From assembly GCA_951406725.2 (NCBI GenBank), contig OX597814.1:211730001-211794000 (forward strand): 64,000 bases of DNA, written 5' to 3'. Below, one piece after another: positions 1 through 13,310 of this stretch. Source of the DNA: Octopus vulgaris. Taxonomy: Eukaryota. The notes beneath the pieces were generated by a model. The model saw only the letters and a program-made list of their open reading frames with translations. It did not search any database and was not told the origin of the DNA. The first letter of the stretch is position 1; each line of letters begins with the position of its first letter. The position numbers were made by a program, and so were the translations under genes.

Positions 1-444
1 TTAATGTGAAATCCACAATAATAATGTTTGTCTATTTACTGAGATTTGTATTTGCATTATACTTTCTTTTAAAACGCTTGCATTCTCGAAATACATTTAA
101 AGAATTGTTTTCCTAATTGAAATTGGATTAAGTTTTCAACTATCGTACTTTAGATAAAATCAATTAGAATAGGCGTAGAAAGCATTATTTTGGAGAACTA
201 TTTATATGTTACAATTATTAATGCTTTAAACGAAATTATCATTATAAATAAGTCATAGTCATTGATGTTTCACAAAGAATAATCTCTAATCGCCATGTTT
301 ATGTGACGGAACGCTTATTGAAGTACATATTGCATTGGATTATGAGTAAATCAATTAAAATTGTTCCGTTTCGTGACCGATGAACTGTGGTTTTTGAAAA
401 TGGTATTAGATAGTGTTTGCTTCTATTGAATATATTATTTTTAA

Positions 445-678
445 GGCGGCGAGCTGGCAGAATCATTAGCGCGCCGGGCGAAATGCTTAGCGGTATTTCG
501 GCTGTCGTTACGTTGTGAGTTCAAATTCCGCCGAGGTCGACTTTGCCTTTCATCCTTTCGGGGTCGATAAATTAAGTACCAGTTACGCACTGGGGTCGAT
601 GTAATCGACTTAATACCTATGTCTGTCCTTGTTTGTCCCCTCTATGTTTAGCCCCTTGTGGGTAATAAAGAAATAGAT
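445..678 (+). mobile_element. tRNA-derived SINE (family A), full length
   Basis: Pol III A-box-like CTGGCAGAATC and B-box-like GAGTTCAAATTCC, core motif GCCTTTCATCCTTTCGGGGTCGATAAATTAAGTACC, A-rich tail; flanked by a ~43-bp direct repeat (405-447 / 679-721); decayed relatives at ~59040-59234 and ~60450-60530. Confidence 0.8.
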
Positions 679-3604
679 ATTAAATAGGATTTGCTTCTAT
701 TGAATTTATTATTTTTAAGGCTGCGAATGGAAAAGAATATACCATTATTGGATATATACAACAGTGCAAGAAATATAGCGTCCCAATTTCTGTTTCAAGA
801 AGAGCATTCCACAAGTATATAGAACTGATGTTATGCAATTAATATTATTGTCATATTAAATATTCTACATTATACCGAGCTTCTGCATTTTATATGAGGA
901 AATATAATTATATATAAAAGAAAATTCATGTTTGATTTTCCCTTCTTGCACATATGTAATACACTATTTATCAACAGCGTATTTAGACACGCACTAGTGT
1001 AAATCTAATTTATGACATGAGTGCTAACGTAACTCATTGTACCTATTGCCACAGTTTCTTTCCAAATTATTTGGAAATTTAATTTTATACTGATGAGATT
1101 TTGAACGATTCTTTATTTAAATCAGATTGCGTTGCTAAAATCTATTGACTGCCATAAGTTCAAAGTTATTTGCTATTAGTCATACTGAGATTTGTATGCA
1201 TTTTCGATAGCAACGCATTTATATGTTGATGGGTTTCTGTAATGTGGATTGACAAAAGCTACATTAAACCAATTCACATTTAATTTGTCTAGCCAAAGTT
1301 TGAATATTCACCAGAAGATACATTGTTAAGATCAAGAGGTTCGCAGTGAAATTGAATTTTCTCTCAGAAATCGTCTCTCAATATTTTAATGCAACAGAGG
1401 AATATTTATCATCAGTAATATCATAATTGCACTTAATTATATGGTAGTTCGAGCGTAAGTCATTGATTTAAGGTTAGAAAGCAGCATTAAGAGTGGGATG
1501 TTGCAGATTTTGATGAGGTCAAACAATTAGATTTCAAAGCTCAGAACCAACTGTTTGTTATATCAGGTTCAACTGAAGATGGTAGAATTTACTAGTATTT
1601 AACTGTAAATAACTTTGTGGACGTAATTCTGCTTACCAACGAAATATTATGCGGTTCGTACCGTATCACTGATGCTGTACTGAAACTGTAGTCAATATAT
1701 GTGAATTCCAAATAGTTACACATTACAATATAATTGGCAATACGGACGGATGGAATTCCCTCAGATCGTACAGAATATTTTCGTTACCGGAAACTTTTAT
1801 AGCGAGATTAAAGATCGTACAGGTTTGCACTGTACATGCTGATGTAGCTCCCATAAACGCAGTATGAGAAAACATGTTCACACAATTTGACTATAAAAAC
1901 ACACCGAACCTGACAGATAGTGCCAGGATATGCAGAGTTCAGTAAACATATAAATATGCAAAATGTATCTGTTGCGAGACATGCTACAGAGAGACAAAAA
2001 GACAGAGATGACATATTTAGCATATTTGTTGCGAAAATATCTCATTTTTGTTTCATTTAGTCTTAATTCTTTGCTGTTGTACGGCATTGTTTAAATGATT
2101 TTATTTATTTGTTGTATGCCTTTGTCTCTTTACATTTCTTATAAATTAATATAATTATGCAACAATAGAAAAAGGGGAAAAATAATTACCGTAAAATGTG
2201 TACCATGAATATTTATTGCTTTTATATAGCTAACAATATTCGAAATATAAGAGAAACCTCAATCGGAATATTTCACTTTCTTATTCATGGACATTTTATG
2301 AGTGATAACATCTAAGTCACATGAGAGTGAAAAGCATGGCAGGTTGCTTAGACTGCTGCATATAAAATGCATTGAAAGATTATGATTAATTTAGATGATG
2401 ACCTTATGTTAAAGAAGATGAAATTCTAATATTTCCTATAACTTCTTTATCAGAACAAAATATATATCCAACTAAATATATCTGGAAAGATAGTTCAATT
2501 AAATATATGAAGATAGTCCATTGGAGCGATGCTATAAATGTAGTTCAGGTTTTACCCGATATTCACAGAGTGCCAATATTGGATAGATAGAATATAAGAT
2601 CCGATTTTTTTTTATTATTATCCGATTATTACGCGTGTTAAAACTTTTGATTTCTTAAGCGAAAGAACTGAAAATATCGTGCTATTTTTCCTCTCATATT
2701 GATCGTCTCTGAAGCAATTCTTCATCGTGTTTTCATAAAAGTATCACAAGTTATATCACAACATATATATTTGTAGAATGTATGAGGATGAACCGTTCAA
2801 AATACAATATTTGCTATTAATTATTGGGAAAATATAGCGGTCCATAGTGAGACACATATTGTAGATCATTTGACTATGTTTACCCATAAATATTGAATCC
2901 CATTCCCTCTAATTCTGTGTTAAGATTCCTCCGAATGTCAACGAAAAATAATATCCCATGAAAACAAGTTATATGGCGATTTGCTTGATTATGCAACTCC
3001 CTTAAAAGTATTTGACATACTGGCAAGATTTGTCGTCTGCCAAGAAAAAAACTTGCGCTTTTGGGAATAATGTTTCATTACTTTATTTTAGAGTCTCATA
3101 TCATTTGAAATAAATTGATAAAATAAATATAATTCCCTCTCCGCACACCTACATATTCAATTAAGTTTAGACGAACAATTTTGGTATATTGAATTATTAC
3201 ATTCGTTAACAGAATTATTGAAAATATTCATTCAGTTCTCCAATTCTGTATTGGTTTCTGGTAAATAAGTAGTTGAAGATGAAATTATTTTTACACTTAT
3301 GGAGGTCTACGCTACTTCATAAAATATTGATATTTATGTAATTCTCAGATGCATCAAAATATGTTAATTATGAATTCACCTGTAGCACTGTTAGGCCACT
3401 TAATTGAGCAGTCCATTGGACAAGATAGCTATTGAAGGAGTGCGGCGTTCATATAAAGCCATAAACGCATATGTATATGCACACGTATAATACACATATA
3501 ATATATATATGTGTGTGTGTGTGTGCGTGTGTGTGTGTGCGCGTATGTGTTTGTGCGTGTGTATGCGTGCGTGTGTGTGTGTGCGTGTGTGTGTGTGTGT
3601 ACAC

Positions 3605-3850
3605 GAGGCGCGTGGCTTAGTGGTTAAGGTGTCAGCATCATGATCGTAAGATTGTGGTTTCGATTCCTGGACCGGCTGACGCGTTGTATTCTTGAGCAAA
3701 ACACTTAATTTCTCGTTGATCCTCTCCACTCAGCAGGCAAAAATGAGTTACGCTGCGATGGACCGGCGTCCCGTCCAGTTGGGGAACACATACGCCATTG
3801 AAACCGGGAAACCGGGCCCATGAGCCTGGCTAGGCTTTAAAAGGGTGCAT
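3605..3850 (+). mobile_element. tRNA-derived SINE with V-domain-like core (V-SINE type)
   Basis: A box TGGCTTAGTGG, B box GGTTTCGATTCC, motif CTGCGATGGACCGGCGTCCCGTCCAG resembling the V-SINE central domain; embedded between (TG)n and (TA)n tracts. Confidence 0.75.
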
Positions 3851-4856
3851 TCATATATATATATATGTATGTATGTATATATATATACACGCAAACACGC
3901 ACACACAAAACCACACACACACATACACACACATATATATATATATAGGCATATATATATATATGTGTGGGATAAATATGTATGTGTGTGTGTCCGTGTG
4001 TGTGTATATGTGCGTATAAAACATATATGTATATGAGTGCGTGTGTAGATACGTGTATACATATATATTTTTGTACACACACAGACACACACACGTACAC
4101 CCATACACCCATATTTTGTTTCACCGTACTACTATTTTAAAACAAGGAGTAGCTTCTGTAAATAATAATGGTCCACGAATATAGATATCTACATGAAAGT
4201 ATAAAAAAAAAATCAATCGTGTTTTAGTGTTAATGTGAAAACCCGTTTCCAAAACATGCTTTTTCATGGCCTTAAAATATACAAAGCTAATTGATAGTTG
4301 CCACATTGTCTAAACTTCAACTAAAAACACACGGTACATCATCTTTCCTGTGGACAGTAGAAGCTGATTTATGTATTTACTTCATGGAAGCGAAATGCAT
4401 CGAAAGATACGCATTATTCTGTTACTGCTATGATTGAAGTAGATATAAGTAGTTGCCGGTGTGCCTTAAATATCATTGAATGCCAACTTCATATTATTGC
4501 GAGAACGATAGGGATTTCGAGCGGAAATCACTAGTGATATCGAGTTGATAGCTTCTAAGTTCCGATCTCTAAATTCCTCGATGTAAACATTATGTGTTAT
4601 TCTTCGGGGATCGGTAAATTAAGAGCCGGTCAATTTTCAAATATTGCATTAAAGCCATGTTCAAGATGTAACTTCATGGACTCAAGTGTAACGCTAGATT
4701 TCAGGGCTTGAAAAGCGTATGACTTAGAAAAGAACTTACTAGATTTAAATAGAATTAATGAAACAGATGCGTAAGGTATGGAAAACAGTATAGGATGGTA
4801 ACATGATTTTAAATCTGTCTATCTACCAATTTACCTCTGTGTGTGTGTGTGTGTAT

Positions 4857-5046
4857 ACTCTTCTCCTCTGGAAGCCATCTACTCGCAATACCAGAGGGCG
4901 CACACTCTCCTACCCTGATGTAATCTCCAGGGATACAGGCATCCAGCAACAGGACCTCCGTAATGCCATGATGGACCGTGAAGTCTGGCGTAGCATGGTA
5001 AATTCCATTGTCTCGACCACGGTCGAACAATGATGAGGATGATGAT
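4857..5046 (+). mobile_element. 5'-truncated RTE-type LINE 3' end
   Basis: Translates LLWKPSTRNTRGRTLSYPDVISRDTGIQQQDLRNAMMDREVWRSMV (LLW.P..R.RGR...Y.D...DTG...M.DR..WR, typical RTE-like C-terminus), followed by a (GAT)n tail. Confidence 0.75.
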
Positions 5047-8000
5047 GTGTGTATACTATATTATATATCGTAACTCATAACCTTTAGAGGCAGAAAGTGC
5101 TGTCGACGGCGACGATGACGACGACGACGACGATGATGATGATAATGATGATGATCCTGCTGTTATTGATGGTGATGATAATGCTAATGGTGAATGCAAC
5201 GACGATGACGGTGATAAAGTGGAAATTGATTTTAATAAACAAAAAAGATTAACGGAAATTAAGTGTCATCGGCGAAAAATTATACTGCGTTACTTTGTTT
5301 CGCAAGGTAATATATTCTTATAGTATGGCATTCACCACCGAGGTACATCTGTAATCGTTTCATTAATGATAGGAAAGATTACTTTTTTAGGTAAGGTGCG
5401 TAACTATTTCAGCCGTCTCATCTCTGGGGACACAGGTCGTGCTAGATATAGCAATCAAATCTCATCATTTCACCGGAAGAAATGTAAGGGCAACAAATGA
5501 ATTGACCGAAAGCATTTCGATTAAAATCTGCCAGAAGAGTTCTGATTTGGCTAAACAACAATGACAACTTCTGAATGGTAACGATATTTTCGATGACATT
5601 TTGTAGTAATGGAAAGCCAAGAAATAAAGTTTGTCAGAGAATGTAAAAAGGTAACCCTAATGTTTTGAAACATTTCTACAGATTTCGAACTCTTCATGTG
5701 GGCTCACGTTCTTTAAGAATGATACGATGTGGCCTTAATCTCACCTAACGGATATGCTACATCGATCGTCAATGAAAGTAATATGCTCTATAACCAAGTC
5801 GTAAATGACAGATTTTAAACTCCGGACAGTATAAAGTGCAGACAGTCACCAAGTGGGTAATATATATAGAGTATTTAAAGAAAGTCTTTCCAAAATCGTT
5901 TATAGCGCTACATTATTCAAGATACGTTAGATAAACAATCTAGAATAAAATATATGTGGGAGGTGCATATGAGTGTATGAAAATGCCTCTGTTCTGTTAA
6001 CTGAGCGCATCTCAACTGAATTTATAGGTTGTTCAAATGGACAACCTCTACCGTCATTAAAGTATTAATTAATATTTTGGAATGTTTAATATGCACCTAA
6101 TCATTCTACATTAGCTATTAATAGTCTGTTTGTCTTGCTGCTGATTGTTTTCGTATGTAATTGTGTGTGTGTGTGTGTGTGTGTGTATGTATGGATATGT
6201 GCATGTATGTTAGAAGGGAGGAGAACGGTATGGGTCAAAAGGATTGGGGGAGAAAAGAAGAAAGAGAAAGAAAAGAAGGAAGAGGAAGAGAAAATGAAGG
6301 AAGGAGTGCTAGATGGTAGTCAAGATATTTTGAGGGGGTAGGGGAGTGAGAGATATCATTAAATAAAAGGAATAGGAGAACGGATATAAGAAACACGTAA
6401 GAATGTAAGGGAGGAATGTGTGTGAGAAGTGGGATGTGGGGTGATATGTTTGAAAGTTACATTTATATGTATATGTTTGCGTGTGGGTGCATATCTATAT
6501 ACGTGCGCGTATATAGATATGCGCGCACGTGTGCGTATATCTATATACGTATTTTTCTTAATCGCTTTAACATGGTACAATCTCTGTGTTATATCGACTA
6601 CATCGATTTTTAGGAAGTTGACTATTATATCCTCTTATTCTTCCCTTCCGTTTTGAGGTTTACCACTTACTTCCAGTGCCCTACTGGAAGTACTCCGTTA
6701 CTAAATGCAATAGTGGATGTCTCATTAGGCATTGACACAGTTCTGTTGGTTTTAATCTCCTTCCACCGCGACACCAATATATATTGCCTTCCATCCATTC
6801 ACTTCTCAAAGTTCCTCGGGAGAGGAAGGCAGGGAATAATTACCTGCACCACATTTACGTCATTCCATACCATTAGCACATGACAAAGACGAGTGTTTTG
6901 TTGTGAAACTGAAGGGAATTATATATATATTCTGAAGTTCAGGAGGAACTTCCCAAATACTTTTCCAGTTTGTGTCCTGCTTTACACTGGATGACTTGCA
7001 GCGGTCATAACCTCTGAAAATATCGTCTCGTTTTCCACTACTTGTGATCTTCGGCGATGTTAATTCGCTTCAACCAGTACCTTAAATACTTGTTTGTGTC
7101 ATTATACGTAACTGTGCTCCAGACCGAGAGGGCAATTCGGGAGTGTTTGCCTAATCCCTAATCGCTCCGACTTTTCAGCACTTTCAGAGTCCACACCATC
7201 TGTTTTTCCAATGCTTTAAACTAACAAGATTCGAAAACTCGATGTAAAAAGAACTAGTTAGAAAAAAGATCTTGGCTGATCACATGACCATATCTCATTT
7301 CAACTTATCTTTCGCCCAACCACAAACTCTTCTCAACTGGTAGATTTTCCATTTTTGGCTACATTATATCGCAACTCCATATTGCGGCTTTCCAATCACG
7401 ACTTTTGACCGGGTTGGCTACATGGCACTATTTATTGTTCAAAGCAGCATATTGTTTAATTTCATTATTTCCAAGGCTTTCTCAACTGCTCTGTGTGTGT
7501 GGCTAGCTACATCCACATGTTCTAGCGACATCACAAGCTTATTCCTTTCCGCAGAATCTATCGGTATTCATCAATTCCTTGTCTAAGGAGAGGAAGAACG
7601 GATGACGGAATCGTTCGAATGCTGCAGCAGTAGCAATAGGATTGCTATTGTTCCTGTAATAATACAAAATTTAATATTTTGCACTCATGTAGCATAGGGT
7701 GTAATGCAGGTTACATGAAAGAACTATGTTAAAACTAACTCTGCGTGTTATTGATGATTATACAGTTAGTAATTTAAAGGCTTTTTGTATCTGCTTTAAA
7801 AAAATACAAAATTCCATATCTATATATTTACAATCAAGCCGTTCAAAGTGACCACTGTAAGAGCTAACTACATTAAACACAATTCAAGTGTTCCTCAGTA
7901 TGATATATTGTGCATAAACATATGTTGATTAACTGTTTCATGTTATATATATATCATAAATTGTGTAGGACACTATCTTTAGCCGTCGTCAGAGTGACAC

Positions 8001-8120
8001 AAAGTTACGAGAGAAAAGTAATAGTGGTTCTACGAGGAGACCTAAATAGAATTTGCCATAGTACCGTGTCAAATATGATTTTTTTCCTTTATTTTAGGGG
8101 ATTTATTAATGTTTTCCTAA

Positions 8121-8240
8121 GCGCAGGAGTGGCTGTGTGGTAAGTAGCTTGCTAACCAAACACATGGTTCCGGGTTCAGTGGCACCTTGGGGAAATGTCT
8201 TCTGCTATAGCCTCGGGTCCACCAAAAGCCTTGTGAGTGG
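8121..8240 (+). mobile_element. 5' fragment of tRNA-derived SINE (family B)
   Basis: Aligns with the head of the copies at 50719-51122 (+) and 10893-11318 (-); A box TGGCTGTGTGG, B-box-like GGTTCAGT. Confidence 0.8.
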
Positions 8241-8659
8241 AAATAATATTTGAGAAGCATTAATATATCTTGGGTTATTCTCCTTCGCGTACAATAAAAA
8301 ACTATTGGAGATATATTTTCAGAAGTAAGCTATAATTGAATATCCATGATGTTAACTACACTATCTGTATCGCATATATATTATTGACTGAAGACATGGG
8401 TATGGAACCACAGCAGGCACAAAATAATTGATGAAATGAAAGAGATTATTACATCTACATATAAAAGGATTCATCTGCCGCTGCTTTATGTAACGATATA
8501 TTTCAAAAGGGGGATGCTAGTATGGGAAGGTCTGCCAAATATTAAGGGAACTAATTTTAGGGAATCCTATAACGCATGTCATTCATAGAAAAACTGTTGT
8601 ATATGTCATGGTAGTTTTACATTGAGCGATACTTCAATATAGAAAAATGCTTCTTTAGA
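8240..8659 (+). repeat. ~420-bp direct duplication, copy 1
   Basis: Near-identical to 10406-10824 with scattered substitutions and small indels. Confidence 0.92.
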
Positions 8660-9254
8660 ATACAAATATTTATTTCTGTAACAAATGTGGTATAGTCTGG
8701 AGCACAGTTACGTATGATGACATAACCAAGTATTTAAGGTACTGGTTGAAGCGAATTAACAACGCCGAAGACATAATCATATCTCCAGCTCAATATGTCT
8801 GGTCACTCTTCTTTACATTAAATAATTATTTTAAGATTTTATACCCTCGAGACGAATAGCAAAGTTCAGAAAAGGCAAATAATTTACATGATTCAATTGG
8901 TTCAATTTATGTTCCCTATAAATACCATTTATCAATTATTACAATTATTATCTTTGCCTCTAAAGGTTATGAAATTATATTGTTATATTTGTAAATATTC
9001 TTTATGTCTTTACTTACTTTGACTACTGAATTCGTTACTACTGAAATAATTCTAGTACATATTTCATGGATTCCTGCTTTGAGGTAATTCAAAATCCTCT
9101 GGCCAGGATTGACAAGTCTAAATATAGTTAAACAATTTATTCTAATTTCAAATTTTATATTGGAATCTACTCATTTTCTAGGTATGAAAGTAATCATGTT
9201 TCTAAAATTTAACTGAGCAAGAGCGTTGAGTTGAAATCATTCTGTTATAAGTAA

Positions 9255-9551
9255 CTAGCAGTATCGCCCGGCGTTGCTCGGATTTGTAAGGGAAATAACT
9301 ATATAAGCATTTTTAGAGAGTTATAGCCAACAAATAGCAAAAAAATGCATTAAAAATGGAAAAAAAATTATGGTAACTTTTTTTTTAATCGTGGACTCAA
9401 CGTAGACACGCGCTACTACCCAGAAGGGCTCGATATGAATCACGGCTATAAGATACCCGGTTTTGGTTAAACTGCATCGCAAAATGTGGGAGTAGTTAGG
9501 AATCTAAATCGTCGGAGACAGACACACAACCTTACTTTTATATATATAAGT
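9255..9551 (-). mobile_element. Short non-autonomous Helitron
   Basis: Minus strand ends in hairpin CCGAGCAACGCCGGG followed by CTAG then T; 5' end reads CTTATATATATAAAA; no TSD. Confidence 0.7.
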
Positions 9552-10405
9552 AATATAATTCTTTCACGAAGACTTCAGACAGAATGCATGAATTAATGTA
9601 AACAGGATGCATCCACGGCATGATGTCGTTTCAAATTTTGATGATTATCATGTCCTATACGAATTCAAGAGAATGTATGGTAATTATGCTAATATTTGAT
9701 TTGTATAAATATGATGTAAAGTAACAAAAAATAAAGTAACGAGCTGTTAAGGAGCAAAGTTTATTGTCTGATGGTGATGCTTACTCGATTCTGACAGAAT
9801 GATATATGCTAAAATTGCAAACAATCGAATAGAAAAGAATCTAGGAGCTAAAGGAATTCTTAACCAAAAAAAGTGAAATGTCGTATTAATTTCAAAATAC
9901 TGAATGATATAAACGGATGGCAGCCATAGAAAAGAGAGACAATGACAACCTAACAAAGGTTATAGTTGCTGTCAAATGGGCGTGTTTGAAAACCATTATT
10001 TATGAAAACAATATCCTCATATTTCTAACTATTGAAAAGAGTAGACATTGTCCATAAATATCCTTAATTAAAGACAAACATCTCGTATTACATTGTTACA
10101 GAAAATAAGGTCAAAATTAACAAATAAATATTCTAGTTACTCTAAGGGACTGGAAAATTCATAAAGTATGAAAGATTTACGACGTAAACATTCGTGTTTG
10201 GAAAAAATATCATTTTACACAATTGCATGGAATAATTACTGGCAATTTTCGCTTACTGCGTAACAACTTGATCTTTATCTTGATATCATTCTAATAAAGT
10301 TCTTTCAATTGATATCAATTACTGAGCTCCATAAAAATAATCAAAAGTTTTATGATGGGGACATACACAACAGCGAAATTACGTATAACGTTCAGAATTA
10401 AGAAA

Positions 10406-10824
10406 GAAATAATATTTGAGAAACATTAATATATCTTGGGTTATTCTCCTTCGCGTACAATAAAACACTATTGGAGATATATTTTCAGAAGTGAGCTATA
10501 ATTGAATATCCATGATGTTAACTACACTATCTGTATCGCATATATATTATTGACTGAAGACATGGGTATGGAGCCACAGCAGGCACCAAATAATTGATGA
10601 AATGAAATAGATTATTACATCTACATATAAAAGGATTCATCTGCCGCTGCTTTATATAGCGATATATTTCAAAAGGGGAATGCTAGTATGGGAAGGTCTG
10701 CCAAATATTAAGGAAATTTAGGGAAGCATATAACGCGTGTCATTCATAGAAAAACTATTTCATATGTCATGGTAGTTTTACATTGTGCGATACTTCAATA
10801 TAGAAAAAAAAGTGCTTATTTAGA
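10406..10824 (+). repeat. ~420-bp direct duplication, copy 2
   Basis: Near-identical to 8240-8659. Confidence 0.92.
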
Positions 10825-10892
10825 GTAGATACTTAATGTGAATGAATCATAGCTAGGGAGACTAGAGAGACAGTTCCATATCATATACCATA

Positions 10893-11318
10893 TACTCTTT
10901 TTTACTCTTTCTACTTGTTTCAGTCATTTGACTGCGGCCATGCTGGAGCACCGCCATTAGTCGAGCAAATCGATCCCGGGACTTATTCTTTGTAAGCCCA
11001 GTACTTGTAAGCCCAGTATTCTATCGGTCTCTTTTTGCCGAACCGCTAAGTGACGGGGACGTAAACACACCAGCATCGGTTGTCAAGCAATGCTAGAGGG
11101 ACAAACACAGACACAAACATATACACAGACATATATATATATATATATATATAGGTCAGGCTTTCTTCAGTTTCCGTCTACCAAATCCACTCTCAAGGCT
11201 TTTGGTGGGCGCGAGGCTATAGCAGAAGACACTTCCCCAAGGTGCCACGCAGTGGAACTGAACCCGGAACCATGTGGTTGGTTAGCAAGCTACTTACCAC
11301 ACAGCCACTCCTGCGCCT
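10893..11318 (-). mobile_element. tRNA-derived SINE (family B), full length
   Basis: Reverse complement aligns end to end with 50719-51122; A/B boxes, internal (TA)/(TG) tract, AAAAGAGT-type tail. Confidence 0.85.
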
Positions 11319-12539
11319 AGGAAAACATTCATAAAGCCCCTAAAAGTTTTTGATTCTCATAACAAGATGAATTACCCTTATGAATTGAGCAGTTGTTAAC
11401 TATCTGAAAATAAGAAGAAAAGCATACCCTAGCTTAGCACGGAGCTTACAATAAAATGATATGTAGGTGAATATATTTAACAGTATTGTTGCAACACGAG
11501 ATTCCTTGACCACAATCAAATAACGCATCTGGCGAATTGTTAAATCTCATACCCTAATACATTTTAACATCTAACCTAAATAGGCAGTGTCTGCACTGTG
11601 TTGCCTTTTCTTATTGCCCAAGATATTGTTAGAATTACTTCTATTATACTTACATTTATATAAAACCGTAATTCAAAAAAAATACTTGAATTACCTAGCT
11701 ACAGAAGAATTGTCTTATCAATCGTTTATTATCAATATTTTCTCAGCGTGAATCCATGACGGTATTATAGCCTAACACCTTTTACAAAGAATATATACGT
11801 AGAGTTAAGTATGCGTAACATATACGTAGCTCTACGTAGAATTGTTTAAATGAATTTAAGCAACTTATTGGAATGGAATATGAATTACAGCACTCGTCTA
11901 TGTTATACATCCAGCGAGTGCTGACTAACAATGTTGAAAATATGTTGGAAAATTATTATTTTTAGAATCTACAAAATAATTAATATTTATTTCCTTTGTA
12001 CAAGGTAATGAATAACAAAGATACTGGAACGTTTCTCAGAATAACATCCAGACCTAATGCGACTAGTTCACACTAGCTCTATAGGTATTATATTACGATC
12101 AAACTATCCTAGATGTGAATTATGTATGATATTCTTTTATCTACAATGGTATCACTTCTTTTGTGATAAATCTATTCAATATATTGTCTCATATATAAGA
12201 GTCCAGTTTTTTGCAAGCAGAAGTTTTGTACGAAATGCATTTAAAAATACTTTTCTTGAAATAGTGTATTTTTATATTCTACAAAATGTATATGGAATTA
12301 GATATAAAATGATATGAAATATGCGATTAAATACATGGTACTGTAACACTTTTAAGAATGAGATAAATACATTCTCACGCTAGCACCGCCTCACCGTCTA
12401 TTCGTTATACGTTTCTTTGCATTGTTTTAACACGCAACAAGAAAAGATATACACGACTTCAGAATTGGCAGTATTATATTTCACTAAGTATTTTCTATCT
12501 TACTGAACATCGCTGTATCCATTTATGAGAATTCAAACA

Positions 12540-12683
12540 CAGAAACACACACACACACACGCACACGCACACACGTACACATACAAACACGCACATTCAC
12601 ACACATTCACACACATACACACATATATATATATATATATATATGCGTATGTATATGCATTTTATATATGTAGCTATATATAA

Positions 12684-12757
<74 letters not shown>

Positions 12758-12822
12758 ATATATATATGTGTGTGTGTGTGTGTATGTGTATGCGTATATA
12801 TATCTATATCTATCTATGTATC

Positions 12823-12876
<54 letters not shown>

Positions 12877-13310
12877 CCTGTATTAAAAAGTTTTCTACAA
12901 ATACTTTTATATATATGTATGTTTTAGTGCACTGATGAGATATCGGTTGGTGTGCATTCTATGTAGCGAGATGATCTTACAGATAAACAACATAGAGTTA
13001 TATCAATATAAAAAAAGAAAAAAAAATATGGATAGGAAGAAAAAAGTTACATAGCAAAGTAGATGCGTAAATGATATGTCAGATGTTGTATAAAAATGTA
13101 CATATATTAACATTATGTATGGTTGTTAATAGCTTCTTTGCCTCTGTAGCGTAAAAGAAATGTGTGGAACAACCATACACTCTATATATATATATATATA
13201 TATATATAAATGTAGATAGATAGATATGTGTATGTATGTATATATATATATATATATATGTATACATATATATATATATATATATATATATGTATACATA
13301 TATGCTGTTG
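12540..13310. repeat. Compound (CA)n/(TA)n/(TG)n microsatellite blocks
   Basis: Directly visible; source of the YIYI/CVCV pseudo-ORFs. Confidence 0.95.

Noticed and set aside
1490-1595. Plus-strand exon EWDVADFDEVKQLDFKAQNQLFVISGSTEDG
   Set aside because: Only about 34 codons between stops, no polypyrimidine acceptor, no recognisable family
6640-7640. GC-richer segment as a gene or LINE fragment
   Set aside because: No diagnostic motif recognised in any frame; left unassigned
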